From assembly GCA_037133055.1 (NCBI GenBank), contig JBAXOY010000065.1:1-17022 (forward strand): a stretch of 17,022 nucleotides of DNA. The letters run 5' to 3'. The DNA is from Chlamydiota bacterium. Lineage in GTDB: Bacteria > Auribacterota > Tritonobacteria > UBA1439. Both the position numbers and the translations under genes were made by a program. The notes under the pieces were generated by a model. The model was not told the DNA's origin. It saw nothing but the letters and a program-made list of their open reading frames with translations, and made no database searches. Positions 15,966 to 17,022 of the stretch are shown here, one piece after another; position 1 is the first letter of the stretch, and each line of letters begins with the position of its first letter.

Positions 15966-16244
15966 ATGAAAAGGCTGTGCGCGGTGTGCATGATGACGCT
16001 TCCCCTCGCCGCGGTCGCGTGGGGTATGGGCGACAGGGAAGTGATCCACGAGTACGATCGCCCGGTCAGGGAGAGGGTGATCGAGAGGGAAAAGATCATC
16101 TACAGGGAAAAGGAAGTGAAGCACAAGGACTGGGAGCGCTGCAAGGACCCGAAGCACAATCACCCGGCTGCGGCGCAGCACCGCGAGGACCCGCAGCACA
16201 ACTCGTCGGGGGGGCAGTCCTCAGGGCAGCGCCACAAGAAGTAA
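15966..16244 (+). CDS. Small secreted hypothetical protein
   Basis: RBS AGAGGGG; signal peptide MKRLCAVCMMTLPLAAVAWG; charged low-complexity body; fits the gap between terminator and convergent gene. Confidence 0.6.
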   Translation: MKRLCAVCMMTLPLAAVAWGMGDREVIHEYDRPVRERVIEREKIIYREKEVKHKDWERCKDPKHNHPAAAQHREDPQHNSSGGQSSGQRHKK

Positions 16245-16259
16245 CCCGCGCGGCCGACG

Positions 16260-17022
16260 CTACCGATCGACGAGCCATGTCATCCGCCGGTTGTGCGCCA
16301 TCCACCGGCGCAGAATCAGGTAGCCCATGAAGCGGAAGAAGCCGTTGCGGAACCTCCACGTCAGCAGGGAGAAAAACGTTCTCGTGAGGGAATAGTACCG
16401 CCTGTAGGCCCTCAGCACGGTCACCTGGAGCTCCTTCGCCGAGACCAGCTTGGGGGTGAAGACGATGTGGTGCCCGTCGTAGAGACTCCAGTCCTTCGTG
16501 AAGATCCTCTTCTGCGCCTCCAAAAACTCGTAGACCCTCGTCCCGGGGAACGGGGTGAGGATCGATATCTGCAGCGTGTCGAGCTTTTCCCGGATCGCGA
16601 ACCGCACCGTGTCCCAGACGGTTTTCAGGCTGTCGTCCTCGCCCCCGAGCACGAACATCCCGTGTATCTTGATCCCGCGCCGGTGGATCGAGCGGATCGC
16701 ATGCACGATCTGGCGCACGGACTGGCACTTGCCGAAGGAGCGCAGCGTCTCCTTGTTGATCGACTCCAACCCGATGCACACGACGTTGCACCCCGCCCGC
16801 TCCATCGCGGCGAGGAGTTCCTTGTCGCGCGCGACATCGCAGCGGATCTGGCAGATCCAGCCCCGGATCGGCGATGCCTCGATCATGGCGAGCAGCCTTC
16901 GCGTGCGCGCCGGGTTGGCGGTGAAGTTGTCGTCGCAGAAGAAATATCTATGGGCCCCGCGCCGGGTAAGTTCTTCCATGACGTTCTCCGCGCTCCGGAA
17001 CCGGTAGCGGCGGCCGAACATC
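16260..17022 (-). CDS. Radical SAM protein, C-terminal part (B12-binding/BchE-type class likely); 5' end outside the window
   Basis: RFRSAENVMEEL, FFCDDNF, ERAGC..VCIGLES, GIKIHGMFVLG, ILTPFPGT, WSLYDG. The CxxxCxxC motif would lie just off-window. Confidence 0.88.
   Translation of the reverse strand, partial: MFGRRYRFRSAENVMEELTRRGAHRYFFCDDNFTANPARTRRLLAMIEASPIRGWICQIRCDVARDKELLAAMERAGCNVVCIGLESINKETLRSFGKCQSVRQIVHAIRSIHRRGIKIHGMFVLGGEDDSLKTVWDTVRFAIREKLDTLQISILTPFPGTRVYEFLEAQKRIFTKDWSLYDGHHIVFTPKLVSAKELQVTVLRAYRRYYSLTRTFFSLLTWRFRNGFFRFMGYLILRRWMAHNRRMTWLVDR

Noticed and set aside
15583..16199. Minus-strand ORFs over the tmRNA (e.g. ending VEVAGIEPAS)
   Set aside because: Typical antisense translation of the tRNA-like domain, not a protein.
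15880..17022. Genomic island or prophage integrated at ssrA
   Set aside because: No integrase, no duplicated ssrA 3' end, and the native terminator is intact within the window.

Overview
High-GC bacterial chromosomal window made mostly of housekeeping and accessory enzyme genes. The + strand (1-11018) carries a 5'-partial, motif-degenerate hisF-like gene, two tandem paralogous secreted OB-fold-like proteins, a two-HKD phospholipase D-family lipoprotein, a metallophosphoesterase-TPR fusion, a short MutY-like glycosylase lacking the Fe-S cluster motif, a PIG-L deacetylase coupled to a GNAT acetyltransferase, an uncharacterised Rossmann-fold protein, and an alpha/beta hydrolase whose nucleophile Ser is replaced by Gly. 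The - strand (11062-14035) carries an overlapping three-gene operon: nucleoside phosphorylase-like, spore-photoproduct-lyase-like radical SAM, and GT2 glycosyltransferase. Next come a divergent cobB sirtuin whose stop codon lies inside a 25-bp perfect AT-rich inverted repeat (REP/MITE-like), yjbQ, a 9-bp tandem repeat, a sigma70 promoter, tmRNA (ssrA; tag ANEQLALAA) with a terminator, a small secreted ORF, and a partial radical SAM gene. No integrase, transposase or CRISPR array is seen. The best candidates for new biology are the phosphorylase/SPL-like radical SAM/GT2 operon, the inverted-repeat element, and several enzymes with altered catalytic motifs. All calls come from motif reading only; no searches were run.
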